64,000 nucleotides of DNA from an uncultured Armatimonadetes bacterium (GTDB taxonomy: Bacteria; Armatimonadota; UBA5829; DTJY01): NCBI GenBank assembly GCA_963717145.1, contig OY970325.1, forward strand, positions 4,768,001 to 4,832,000, written 5' to 3'. Position 1 is the stretch's first letter, and each line of letters opens with the position of its first letter. Positions 39,117-48,392 of the stretch are shown in pieces. The notes below the pieces were generated by a model. The model was not told the origin of the DNA. It saw only the letters and a program-made list of their open reading frames with translations, and searched no databases. Both the position numbers and the translations under genes were made by a program.

Positions 39117-40190
39117 ATGTCCACCGTTGCCGTGCTCAAGACAACTCCGCAGACCGTGCTGGACGACTACAGTCGTCTGATGGACTTGGCGCGATACAAC
39201 GATTTCCTCCCGCCCGAGTACGATACGCTCATCAAGCTGAACCTCTCCTGGACGAAGTATTTCCCCGCGTGCTCGAGCGCGCCCTGGCAACTCGAAGGTG
39301 TCGTCCGCAAGCTCATCGCGGATGGGCGGGACCGTGCGAAGATCATCCCCATCGAGAATAAGACGGTCGTCACCAACCCGCGAAAGGGCGCGGTCAACAA
39401 CAAGTGGATGCCGGTGCTCGAGGAATGCGGCCTCGAGTTCGTGCCGCTGCCCGAAGTCGAATGGATCAAGTACGAGTTCAAGTCGAAGCTCCTCAAGCTG
39501 AACGACATCTTCCCCGAGGGCATTCTGATTCCCAAGATGTACGTCGGCAGGAACGTTCTCCATCTCCCGACGGTCAAGACTCACGGCCACAGCGTGACCA
39601 CCGGCGCGATCAAGAACTCATTCGGCGGCCTGCTCAAAGAGGTCCGGCACTACGCGCATAAGTACATACACGAGGTACTCGTCGACCTCATGCTCATGCA
39701 GAAGGAACTCCACCCCGGCGTCTTCGGCGTCATGGATGGCACAGTCTGCGGCGATGGGGCCGGGCCGCGAACGATGGATCCAGTCGTGAAAGGCTACATC
39801 CTCGCGAGCGGGGATTCCGTGGCGATAGACGCGATCGCGGCGAAGATGATGGGCTTCGACCCGATGAGCATCCCCTACATCCGCATGGCGACCGAGATGG
39901 GCCTCGGATGCGGCGATCCCAGGGAGATCGAGGTCGTCGGCGAGGACATCTCCGGCGTCAACTTCGGCTTCACGTCGAAACGCAGCTTCGTCATCGCGGG
40001 AGACCAGATGATCCGCAGGGGTTGTCTCCGCCCGCTGGAGAAGTTGCTTCTCCACTCGCCCCTGGTGTTCTGGGCGCCGCTGGCATCCACGATCTATCAC
40101 GACTACTACTGGTATCCCACCAAGGGCCGCAAAGCGATCAACGAGTTCATGGGAACTGAATGGGGCCAACTCTGGCGGGACTACCGCTGA
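39117..40190 (+). CDS. DUF362 domain-containing protein
   Basis: LIKLNLSW, LPTVKTH, TTGAIKNSFGG, DGAGP, DSVAIDA. Confidence 0.85.
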   Translation: MSTVAVLKTTPQTVLDDYSRLMDLARYNDFLPPEYDTLIKLNLSWTKYFPACSSAPWQLEGVVRKLIADGRDRAKIIPIENKTVVTNPRKGAVNNKWMPVLEECGLEFVPLPEVEWIKYEFKSKLLKLNDIFPEGILIPKMYVGRNVLHLPTVKTHGHSVTTGAIKNSFGGLLKEVRHYAHKYIHEVLVDLMLMQKELHPGVFGVMDGTVCGDGAGPRTMDPVVKGYILASGDSVAIDAIAAKMMGFDPMSIPYIRMATEMGLGCGDPREIEVVGEDISGVNFGFTSKRSFVIAGDQMIRRGCLRPLEKLLLHSPLVFWAPLASTIYHDYYWYPTKGRKAINEFMGTEWGQLWRDYR

Positions 40191-40226
40191 CGCTTCCCGG
40201 ATCGATCAGCCTCGGAGGTTAGCCAG

Positions 40227-40953
40227 TTGTCACGCAGAAAGAAGCGGCTCGGGCCGAAGCTCGTTTTCATCGCCGTTCTCGTGGTCGTCATCCTGGTCCT
40301 TATGCCTCACCGCGGGGAGAAGCGGCCGGCCCCGCCGCCGGGAGTGCGACTGGTCGAGATCGACCTCACGAAGGGATATCGCATCGAGCCCGTGATGGCC
40401 TCGGACAAGGCGTATGGCGATCTCTTCGCCGAAATGGTGACCCGCCTGAAGCCCTACGCCGCGATCAACGGCACTTTCTACGACGAGAATCTGCGCCCGC
40501 TCGGAGATGTGGTCATCGGCGGTAAGCTCGTGAACCGGGGGCACTATCGGACTGCGATCGGCGTCAGGAATGACGGCACGATCGAGTTCCGACATCGGGC
40601 AAGCGGCAGGTTCAACTGGAGCGGATTCAAGGCTCGGTCTCGCCGCAGGACCTAGGCTGGTCCACGAGGGCAAGATCGACTGCGATCCGGTGGCCGATGG
40701 ATTCGGTCCGGGGAGCGTGACCCTGAGCGCGCCCAGGTCAGGGGTGGGGGTCACCGCCGACAATCGCCTGCTCCTCGTGACGACTACGAGCCGGTTTACG
40801 CTCGCTCAGTTCGCGGGGATGATGCTCGAACTCGAATGCGTGGAGGCGATGAACCTCGATGGAGGGGGCGCGTGCGCGCTCTACCGCGACGGCGACTTCC
40901 TCGAACTCCCCGGCCTTCCGATGGCGAACATCCTCGCGGTGTATAACAAGTGA
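40227..40953 (+). pseudogene. Phosphodiester glycosidase (NAGPA-like) protein with a +1 frameshift near 40631
   Basis: AAINGTFY out of frame with AGPRLV, PRSGVG, AMNLDGGG. Confidence 0.78.
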
Positions 40954-41024
40954 TGAGTGCAGAGCGCGGAGCGTCCAGAGTGACGGGAGTGGTTCCCGTC
41001 TGCTCAGCTCTGTTCGTCGGCAGC

Positions 41025-42290
41025 CTATATCTCCGGGGCATTCTGCAGGAGATACTCCTCGGCCTCCCTGTTCCAAAGCCCGTTTGTCTTCTCAATCAGC
41101 TCTGCCAGCTGCGCAAACATCGGATCGGTCTTTCCCTTTGCCGCAAAGTCGCTTAGGGCAGCTAGCTCCAAGTCTATGTTGTTGTAGATCAGCTTCTTTC
41201 CTCCCGGGGTAGCCGGTAGGTTCACAATGGTATCTGCGACGCAGTTGAGTCCACCAATGTGGGTAATGAGGACCTGCGGATTCATGATGCCTGCTTCAAC
41301 CATCCTCAGATACTCGACCATGTCCTGTGTAGTACCCCCGCTTAGCCCGACCATGTGTGTGGATCTGTAATGGATATTGTAGAAGTTGATCTCGGATCTG
41401 AACGATTTGTCGTAGGGCCCGGCGAACAGGTTCATGCAGCCGTCATGCGCAAGTACCTCATCGCCCAGTTCCACGAGGTCGCGGACCGCGGCATAGAGGA
41501 ATATGTCGTCAAATCCGCTATTCCCACTTGCGTTCAGCAGAAGCTCCCTCTGTTCGCTCAGCAAGAGCCCCTCGACGTTGACGTACTCAAGCTCAACACC
41601 GTTCTGCTTCGCCATTTCCACCGAAACAATGGAGGCAGCTCTGTCGAGTTTCTCCCGGACGTTATCAACCACTACTATCTTGCGGGGCTTTACATCGCGT
41701 TTCACCGCGTAGTCTACCGTACCGATCCCCATCGGACCTGCTCCACCCAGTATAAGGAGCTGTCCGCCCTGTTTGATATCGGTCTTGAGCTCATACGACC
41801 CCGGCAGGGTGTGGAACATCTTCTTGAAACCGCCGATAATGCAGGACATCGGCTCAGCCAGACAGCCAGAGAAGTATGAATCGCCACCGTATCTCAGCAG
41901 GCATCCCATTTCCATCACTTCGTTCGGGATGACCACGAATGTCGCGCTTCCTCCAATGTACTGGTAGGAATACCCTGGGGCAGACGGGCTGCCCTTGTAG
42001 TTGAGTGCGGGCTGGAGAATGAACTTCTCGTTCGGAGAGAAGCTGTCTTGCCATTTGCTTCCCACCTCCAGGATTTCCCCGCAGAATTCGTGGCCGATGA
42101 TGACTGGTCTTTCCGCAACATCATCAGGGATCCGAATGTGCTCTCTCCCCTGCTTCACCGCCTTGTATGTCGAGAGACACAGAGTATCCGTTACCACCCG
42201 CGCCAGGATTTCATCCTCCCTCAGAGCGGGCAACGCGAAGGTTTCCAGCGCCAATCGGTCGCCATAGAATCGGACTGCTTTCGTTTTCAT
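41025..42290 (-). CDS. Zinc-binding dehydrogenase, L-sorbose-1-phosphate reductase (SorE)-like
   Basis: MKTKAVRFYG, CLSTYK, GHEF, AEPMSC, GGAGPMG, ITHIGGLN, GGKKLIY. Confidence 0.82.
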   Translation of the reverse strand: MKTKAVRFYGDRLALETFALPALREDEILARVVTDTLCLSTYKAVKQGREHIRIPDDVAERPVIIGHEFCGEILEVGSKWQDSFSPNEKFILQPALNYKGSPSAPGYSYQYIGGSATFVVIPNEVMEMGCLLRYGGDSYFSGCLAEPMSCIIGGFKKMFHTLPGSYELKTDIKQGGQLLILGGAGPMGIGTVDYAVKRDVKPRKIVVVDNVREKLDRAASIVSVEMAKQNGVELEYVNVEGLLLSEQRELLLNASGNSGFDDIFLYAAVRDLVELGDEVLAHDGCMNLFAGPYDKSFRSEINFYNIHYRSTHMVGLSGGTTQDMVEYLRMVEAGIMNPQVLITHIGGLNCVADTIVNLPATPGGKKLIYNNIDLELAALSDFAAKGKTDPMFAQLAELIEKTNGLWNREAEEYLLQNAPEI

Positions 42291-42317
42291 ATCAATAGTC
42301 TCCACAGCAAAGGATGG

Positions 42318-43976
42318 TCAGGGCCTCGGGGTATCCTTCAGTTCGCCGGGCATGTATTCGTAGAACGTCGTCCCATCCGGCCCGCCCATGAGACCGCCCT
42401 GGCCCGCTCCTGTGACGACACATTCCTTACCATCACGAATGGGATCGGCGTAGCGCTCGAACCACCCGTCGAGCCGCCGACGCATCTCGCCGACGATCGA
42501 TCTGCACGCCGCATCGGAGATCATGTTCGTCTGCTCAACTGGATCGTCCGTGAGGTAGTACAACTCGTCCGGGCCGTCGGGGTAGCGGCGCACGTACTTC
42601 CACTCCTTCGTCCGCACCATCCGCACCGGGCCGTACTCGTCGATGACCACGACGTGCTCCCGACCCTGGCACGATTCGCCCATCAGCAGCGGGACGAAGC
42701 TCCGACCCGGGAGCGTCTCGGCCTGCGGGTTCTCGATCCCCACGTAGTCGAGCAGCGTCGGCATGAAGTCGTACTGGCTGAGCAGTTCGGAGCAGACGAT
42801 CCCCTCGGGAATCCGGCCGGGCTGCGAGATGATGCACGGTACCTTCACCGACTCCTCGAACATGTTCAGAGGCCGCGTGCCGTTCCCCTTGCCGTAGACT
42901 CCGTGATGGCTCATGCACATTCCGTTGTCGCTCATGAAGACGACGAGCGTTTCCTCGCGCAGGTTGTGTGCATCGAGCCAATCGAGCAGGCGGCCGATGT
43001 TCGCATCCATCGCCGTCACCGCCGCATAGTATCCGCTGAGCATGGTCCGCCTCTTCTCCGGGGTATCGGCGAACCTCTGGACCTTGCGCACCCATTCCGG
43101 CGGGGTGACCATGTTCGGCACGGAGTCGAACGGGCAGTTCTCGAAGTAGTCGTCGTAAATCTCGATGGGGTGATTCCCCCTATCCCACGGCGAGTGAGGC
43201 GAAGTGTAGTGCACGCTCAGGTAGAACGGCGTGCCACCATGTTGGGGATGGCGCCCACGATGTTGGGGATGGAGTTGGACTCCATCCCCCGCGCTCCTGA
43301 TGTTGACAGCCGGACCCACGATGTTGGGGTCGGAGTTGGACTCCGACCCCACACCACTGAGTGTTGCGGGGTCGGAGTCCAACTCCGACCCCAACATCGT
43401 GGGTGCCATCCCCAACGTCGTGGGTGGTGCTGCCCACTCATCCAGAAACACCAGCGCAGTATCCGTGATCGCGTCCGTCACGTAGCGGGGCTCCTCGTAC
43501 GTCTCGCCGTTGTGTACCATCGGCGCATTATAGTATGGCCCTCCGCCCTTTGCATGAACCTCCCAGAACGAGAATCCTTTCTGCGGATGATGGCAGTCGC
43601 CGAGATGCCACTTCCCGCTGATCCCGCACGTGTATCCCGCGGCCGCGAGGTGATCGGTGTATCCGGGCATGCCCGCGAGGTATTCGATCAGCCGCCCGCC
43701 GCCTTCCTTCTCGTACTTCTCGATGGTATCGCCGGTCCGAAGCCAGTCGTGGACACCGTGCGCGGACGGGATTCGGCCCGTCATGATCGACGCACGTGCG
43801 GGAGAGCACACGGGTGACGCGCAGAAGAAGCTGTCGAAGCGCACCCCGGTGTTCGCCAGGCGGTCGAGGTTCGGCGTGCGGATCTCGGTGTTCCCCGCGC
43901 ATCCCATCGCCCACGGCCCCTGGTCGTCGCTCAATATGAAAAGTATGTTCGGCTGTCTCACTTCTGCGGGTTTCAT
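42318..43976 (-). CDS. Formylglycine-dependent sulfatase (choline-sulfatase-like) with an internal repeat-derived insert
   Basis: PNILFILSDD, CSPAR, GKWHLG, PHSPW, SDNG. Confidence 0.92.
   Translation of the reverse strand: MKPAEVRQPNILFILSDDQGPWAMGCAGNTEIRTPNLDRLANTGVRFDSFFCASPVCSPARASIMTGRIPSAHGVHDWLRTGDTIEKYEKEGGGRLIEYLAGMPGYTDHLAAAGYTCGISGKWHLGDCHHPQKGFSFWEVHAKGGGPYYNAPMVHNGETYEEPRYVTDAITDTALVFLDEWAAPPTTLGMAPTMLGSELDSDPATLSGVGSESNSDPNIVGPAVNIRSAGDGVQLHPQHRGRHPQHGGTPFYLSVHYTSPHSPWDRGNHPIEIYDDYFENCPFDSVPNMVTPPEWVRKVQRFADTPEKRRTMLSGYYAAVTAMDANIGRLLDWLDAHNLREETLVVFMSDNGMCMSHHGVYGKGNGTRPLNMFEESVKVPCIISQPGRIPEGIVCSELLSQYDFMPTLLDYVGIENPQAETLPGRSFVPLLMGESCQGREHVVVIDEYGPVRMVRTKEWKYVRRYPDGPDELYYLTDDPVEQTNMISDAACRSIVGEMRRRLDGWFERYADPIRDGKECVVTGAGQGGLMGGPDGTTFYEYMPGELKDTPRP
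43234..43428. repeat. Composite palindromic element in frame within the sulfatase
   Basis: Three GGGG(TC/AT)GGAGT(TG/CC)(G/A)ACTCC(GA/AT)CCCC hairpins with outer inverted arms CCCACGATGTTGGGG / CCCCAACATCGTGGG. Confidence 0.85.
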
Positions 43977-44005
43977 GCTTGCTCCCCCCTTACTCACTCC
44001 ACCGG

Positions 44006-44076
44006 CTGTCATTCTGAGCCCGGCGAAGAATCTGGCTATGCACGGGCCAGATTCTTCGCCGGGCTCAGAATGACAG
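44006..44076. repeat. Palindromic element with perfect 31-bp arms (GTCATTCTGAGC family)
   Basis: CTGTCATTCTGAGCCCGGCGAAGAATCTGGC / GCCAGATTCTTCGCCGGGCTCAGAATGACAG. Confidence 0.85.
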
Positions 44077-44085
44077 ATGTTTGAC

Positions 44086-45972
44086 TCATTTCTGCGGTTT
44101 CAGGACTATACCCACGAGCGCGTAGTTGTCTATCCTGCTGATCTTGACGCGCAGGCGGCCGCCGATGCTCTCAGTGCTGAATGACATCTCCGCGGAGGGG
44201 AAGTCCGGACTCCACACGGAAACCTCATCGGCGCGATAGCCCCTTGGTATCTCGTACTCCACCGAAACCGCGCGATCCTTCAGGGCATCGACATCCCCGA
44301 AGCGGATGAGATGGATCGAGCGCCTGTCACCCTTGCCCCTGATCGCGCTCTCAATGTGCGACGCGGATTCGATCTTGAGTTGCGAGACCAGACCAACGGC
44401 CTCGCAGGCCGAACGGAACTCATCCGACGTGCTGGGAGCAAATGCGATCACGCCTTTGCCCATCGTCTGATCGCCGGCCCAGAGCGCCGAGAGCGACGTT
44501 TCGCGGTTGATGATCTCCTGCCCCGATGAGAAGCAGTCGCCCATCTCGCCGATGATGAGGAGCTTGCCACCTTCGCGGACGTACTTCTCGATGGCGACGG
44601 CATCCTCGTCATCGACGAGAGAAAGCTCCGGGACGACGACGATCTTGTAGCGGCTGAGTCGGCTGCTAAGTCCCCTCTCGACGATCAGGCAGTCCGCGGG
44701 GACTCCCATCTTCGCAAGGACGGACGCGGCGCGCTGATAGTGATCTCTCTTGGGGTCGAACTCGACTTTGGATTCCGCCACGAGGTCGCCTTGCATGAAC
44801 GCCTGGTCGCGCCAGGAGTAGAGCACGGCGACTTCGGCCTCCGACTTCGCGCCGTCGTACCATTCCCAGTGCGACCGGAAGAAGTCGCAGTATGCCTTAC
44901 TGATATCGTTCCCGGTGACGGCGTAGAATGTGCCGCCACCCGACCATGCTTCGGCGAGAGCGACGCGATACCGATAGTCGGGCTTCATCTGCTCGGCATA
45001 GTTGATCAGCCCGATCATCTTCGCCCCGTTCGCGGCCTCGCAACTGCTGTAGAGATAGAGCGAAGAGTCGTCGCCGAGTTTCAGATGCCACAGCTCGGTG
45101 GATGGATACCCTAACGCGCCGTGCAGGGCTTCGTATGTGAAGTCGGGAGTCCCGCCGCCGTGGTTCATAATGATGATGAAGCCGGGATGTGCCTTGCGCA
45201 CGTCGGCCTCGATGGCCTTCACGAAGTCGACGAAGTTCTGAAGCCGCCAGGTCTTGAACGCTCTATCGACCGGTCGCTTGAAGTCCAGCTTGCCGGAATC
45301 GAGACCCGGCATCGGCTGGGGCTCGCCGAAGAGGGACTTACTGTACGTGCTCCATGCCGAGTTGCAGTAACGGCAGCAGCAGAGGTAACCGGGGTCGATC
45401 GCGTAGGGATAGACGTCGAACTGCAGGCCGTCGAACCCGGCATCGGCGGTCACTCGCGCGACTTGCTTCTGCAGCTTGACCCACTTCGGGTTCCTGACGC
45501 AGGAAACCCCCGCGCCGGCCTTGTCCCACATCGTGTTGATGACGCGCGCGCCTTTGCGGTCGATGGCATAGAGATCGTCGGCGGCGATCCCCTCCGGCTC
45601 GAGCATATCGGGGTGGAACATGATGGCATCGGCGTAACCGATCACCTTGATCTTATGTTTGTGGCTGGTGTCGAGTTCGGGCTTCGTGTTGAGGAGCGTC
45701 TTGGCGAGGAGCTTCGGACCCGTCATGCCGACCGCATGCCAACGCTCGCCGCTCTCCGTCAGCGGCCTGTATGCCACACAGACCAGGGTCGCACGCAGAT
45801 CGATCAGCGGCTCGGGATTCCAATGTCTGGTCGTCCCGTCGGCCCTTTTCGAGTCGCCCCACTGAAGAGTGGGTATCTCCATCGAGTCCGCGCCCGCCGG
45901 CCGCCCCGCCGCCAGAGAGCAGACGAGCATTCCCGTCGCGGCAAGAATCAACAATGACATGGCCCGCTCCAT
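44086..45972 (-). CDS. Secreted putative glycoside hydrolase (TIM barrel plus GH42-trimerisation/GATase-like domain)
   Basis: Signal peptide, CVRNPKW, FDGLQFD, CCCRYC, AEVAVLYS, YKIVVVP. Confidence 0.55.
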   Translation of the reverse strand: MERAMSLLILAATGMLVCSLAAGRPAGADSMEIPTLQWGDSKRADGTTRHWNPEPLIDLRATLVCVAYRPLTESGERWHAVGMTGPKLLAKTLLNTKPELDTSHKHKIKVIGYADAIMFHPDMLEPEGIAADDLYAIDRKGARVINTMWDKAGAGVSCVRNPKWVKLQKQVARVTADAGFDGLQFDVYPYAIDPGYLCCCRYCNSAWSTYSKSLFGEPQPMPGLDSGKLDFKRPVDRAFKTWRLQNFVDFVKAIEADVRKAHPGFIIIMNHGGGTPDFTYEALHGALGYPSTELWHLKLGDDSSLYLYSSCEAANGAKMIGLINYAEQMKPDYRYRVALAEAWSGGGTFYAVTGNDISKAYCDFFRSHWEWYDGAKSEAEVAVLYSWRDQAFMQGDLVAESKVEFDPKRDHYQRAASVLAKMGVPADCLIVERGLSSRLSRYKIVVVPELSLVDDEDAVAIEKYVREGGKLLIIGEMGDCFSSGQEIINRETSLSALWAGDQTMGKGVIAFAPSTSDEFRSACEAVGLVSQLKIESASHIESAIRGKGDRRSIHLIRFGDVDALKDRAVSVEYEIPRGYRADEVSVWSPDFPSAEMSFSTESIGGRLRVKISRIDNYALVGIVLKPQK

Positions 45973-46025
45973 CCCGTGTACTCCCTCTTCGACAGCGCTC
46001 ATCGCTCGATCCACTGACCCAGGGA

Positions 46026-46054
46026 AGGATACCATCGCGCCCCCGAGGTGTCAA
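46026..46054 (-). promoter_or_regulatory. Sigma70-type promoter for the hydrolase/sulfatase block
   Basis: TTGACA-17 nt-TATCCT with TG; -35 overlaps the upstream gene's stop. Confidence 0.55.
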
Positions 46055-48033
46055 GGAATGTCACTGGAGTCCGCCACCCCCTCCGTGCTATCATCCAGAC
46101 TCAGAACGCGAATCTCCGGGGTGTCACCATCTGCAAAGATGAACTGAGCCATCTGCGCCAAATCGCTCATGTGCTGGGCCGTCTGGGAGGCAGATTCTGC
46201 CGTCCACCCCTGTGTCTCCACTAGTTTCATCTCTACCTGGTGCTCGATTGAGTTCCCATGAAGTCGATAGGCCTCATAGAACATGCTCTCGAAGATGAGA
46301 GCTCCCGGGAACGCGAGACCCCTGAACACATCGGTGAAAACCGCCAAGATGGCGTTTGCCCACGCCTCGATATCCCAGTCCTGAGCTATCGCAGTCGCCA
46401 ACCACTCCACGTGGGAGGCACCTTCTGTATCCGCAGGTTGCGAGCCCGCAAAGTTGAACCAGGAGAAGCCGCACAAAGGGTCAGCGCGCAGTGCCTCCCC
46501 GGTGACCGCTCGACGCTCTGCCCTGCTAAGCCCTTCCGCACTGCCTGTGATCTCCCGTGCAGCAGGTGGATTGCGGCTAACCACGTCCCCAAACCTATCT
46601 GTAACAAGAGTAGCAAAGAAGTGCTTGAGTACGAAATGGGCGATTGGTAGGTCAGATTGCTCCAGGCAGATCTCCAGTTCGGACACTGCCTCTGCAAAGC
46701 GTCCTTGATGCAGAAGAACATCCCCGAGTAGGCCATGCGCCAGTGGCTGTTTGACCTCAAGCTCAATCGATCTGCGGTAGGCAGCTTCCGACCATCTGAG
46801 CTTGCCTATCCCAAAGAGACACCCCGCTGCCTCGCGCCACCAATACGGGCGGTGAAGGTAGGTAGGATCGGCAGTCGCAGCACTACGATACGCCGATATG
46901 GCTCGCCGGGGCTCGCCAGAAGCCCGCAAGCCGTTGCCCAGGTTGTAGAACGCAACGGCTTTCTCCGAATGCGAGCGCGCATTCTCAGCTATGAGTTCCC
47001 TTGCGCGGTTCGCGCGTGCTGCGTGAAGATCATGGCTGAGACCGGCATACATTGTACTCATGAGAACCCAAGTGGCTTCATGGGCGCACCCCTGATGTGC
47101 AAGGTCCTCGGCAAGAGAGATAGCATCGCCTATTGCGCCCGCTGAGGAATAGATCTTGGGCGACCACGTATGATTGAGTAGGGAGATCAGATTGTCGGGA
47201 ACGGCTTCGAGATCGGAGAACATGTTGCCGATGATGTCAATGGATGCGGTTGCGCAGCCCGCTTCCGCAAGTATTAACGCTACCCCGAATTGCGCCAAGA
47301 ACAGCACCTCCTCTTGATCAGGCCGCCCGGGGTTCTGAATGAGGAATCCATCTAGACCACGCTCAGCGCAGGCGATAACGACGCCCGGGGGCTCATCTGT
47401 GAATAGCAACGTGCCGTCCACGGCGCTCGACCCAGTGTAGGTCACGTGCTTGGATGAGCGGCTGTAGCACAACCGGTCCAGAATGGTCTGTTTGAACACA
47501 TCCCCCCATGTTGGGGTGTCGAATTTCAGCTGAATGGAGAACCTGTCTCTGTCAGGACGGAACTGCCCCATCCTATAGCATTGATGACGAACATCTCTCA
47601 GCAGGATCGATGCGTCAACCAGATCAAGGCGTTGAGCTAGTCGGACGGATACTGACTCCTGAGTATGCCAGCGTTTTGTCTGCTCCTCATCCAGATTGCC
47701 GTATACAACGTGTGTCCATTCATAAAAGAGCCGTTTCCCTTGGGCATCATACAGGACGAGCATCGTTGGGAAAGGGCATGACAGATAGTGAAGTAGTCGA
47801 GATGTCTTGAAGCGATACGTGGGCGCTTGGGTATCTGGGCTGATCTTGTCTGAACCCTTCACCTGGGCGAAGAAGAAGAATGGTGTGGCTTGGCCGTCTT
47901 TAAACGCCTGAACCTGGAAATCAAAGCCGTAGTCCGGCGTTTGATCTCTCGGCACCCATTCGGCGGGGATTGCAGCGCGGAATGCCCGCCTCGATTCGTC
48001 CTCCAGAACGTGCGCTCGTGGTCTTCTGGGCAT
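46051..48033 (-). CDS. DUF4365 (PD-(D/E)XK-like) domain plus TPR protein
   Basis: HVLEDES...DYGFDFQV...FFAQVKGS; TPR-like AFYNLGNGL, AHGLLGDVLLHQGRFAEA. Confidence 0.75.
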   Translation of the reverse strand: MPRRPRAHVLEDESRRAFRAAIPAEWVPRDQTPDYGFDFQVQAFKDGQATPFFFFAQVKGSDKISPDTQAPTYRFKTSRLLHYLSCPFPTMLVLYDAQGKRLFYEWTHVVYGNLDEEQTKRWHTQESVSVRLAQRLDLVDASILLRDVRHQCYRMGQFRPDRDRFSIQLKFDTPTWGDVFKQTILDRLCYSRSSKHVTYTGSSAVDGTLLFTDEPPGVVIACAERGLDGFLIQNPGRPDQEEVLFLAQFGVALILAEAGCATASIDIIGNMFSDLEAVPDNLISLLNHTWSPKIYSSAGAIGDAISLAEDLAHQGCAHEATWVLMSTMYAGLSHDLHAARANRARELIAENARSHSEKAVAFYNLGNGLRASGEPRRAISAYRSAATADPTYLHRPYWWREAAGCLFGIGKLRWSEAAYRRSIELEVKQPLAHGLLGDVLLHQGRFAEAVSELEICLEQSDLPIAHFVLKHFFATLVTDRFGDVVSRNPPAAREITGSAEGLSRAERRAVTGEALRADPLCGFSWFNFAGSQPADTEGASHVEWLATAIAQDWDIEAWANAILAVFTDVFRGLAFPGALIFESMFYEAYRLHGNSIEHQVEMKLVETQGWTAESASQTAQHMSDLAQMAQFIFADGDTPEIRVLSLDDSTEGVADSSDIP

Positions 48034-48140
48034 GATTCCCTCCAAGGCGCTTCCGCTAGTGGCGCAATCATCAAACGGATCAGGTCTTGTGATTCCATAG
48101 CGAGAGGCACGGCCTCAGCAAATGCGATGAGTCATGAGTA

Positions 48141-48178
48141 AGTATAGACGCATTGACCATGCTTTTCAAGCATGTCAA
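48141..48178 (-). promoter_or_regulatory. Promoter with overlapping operator-like inverted repeat
   Basis: TTGAAA-17 nt-TATACT; palindrome TTGACCATGCTT...AAGCATGTCAA at 48153-48178. Confidence 0.55.
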
Positions 48179-48234
48179 GTCATATCATAGCCCAGAGGCG
48201 CCCGAACCGCTGCCAGAACCAAGACTCCCACTGG

Positions 48235-48273
48235 ACCCACAAACACCCCGGGAGTTTTCACCCCCAGGGTGTT
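48235..48273. repeat. 39-bp hairpin-containing direct repeat, copy 1
   Basis: ACCCACAAACACCCCGGGAGTTTTCACCCCCAGGGTGTT; 36/39 identical to 49599-49637. Confidence 0.85.
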
Positions 48274-48392
48274 TGCAGGTACCTCACCTCGACACTCAGT
48301 TAGCTCAGTTGCGGTGACACCAGCCGCATCCTGAACCAGGCCGATGCAGTAAGCTGTTGTTGTCGCCATATCCCAAGACCCTGGGGCTCGCC

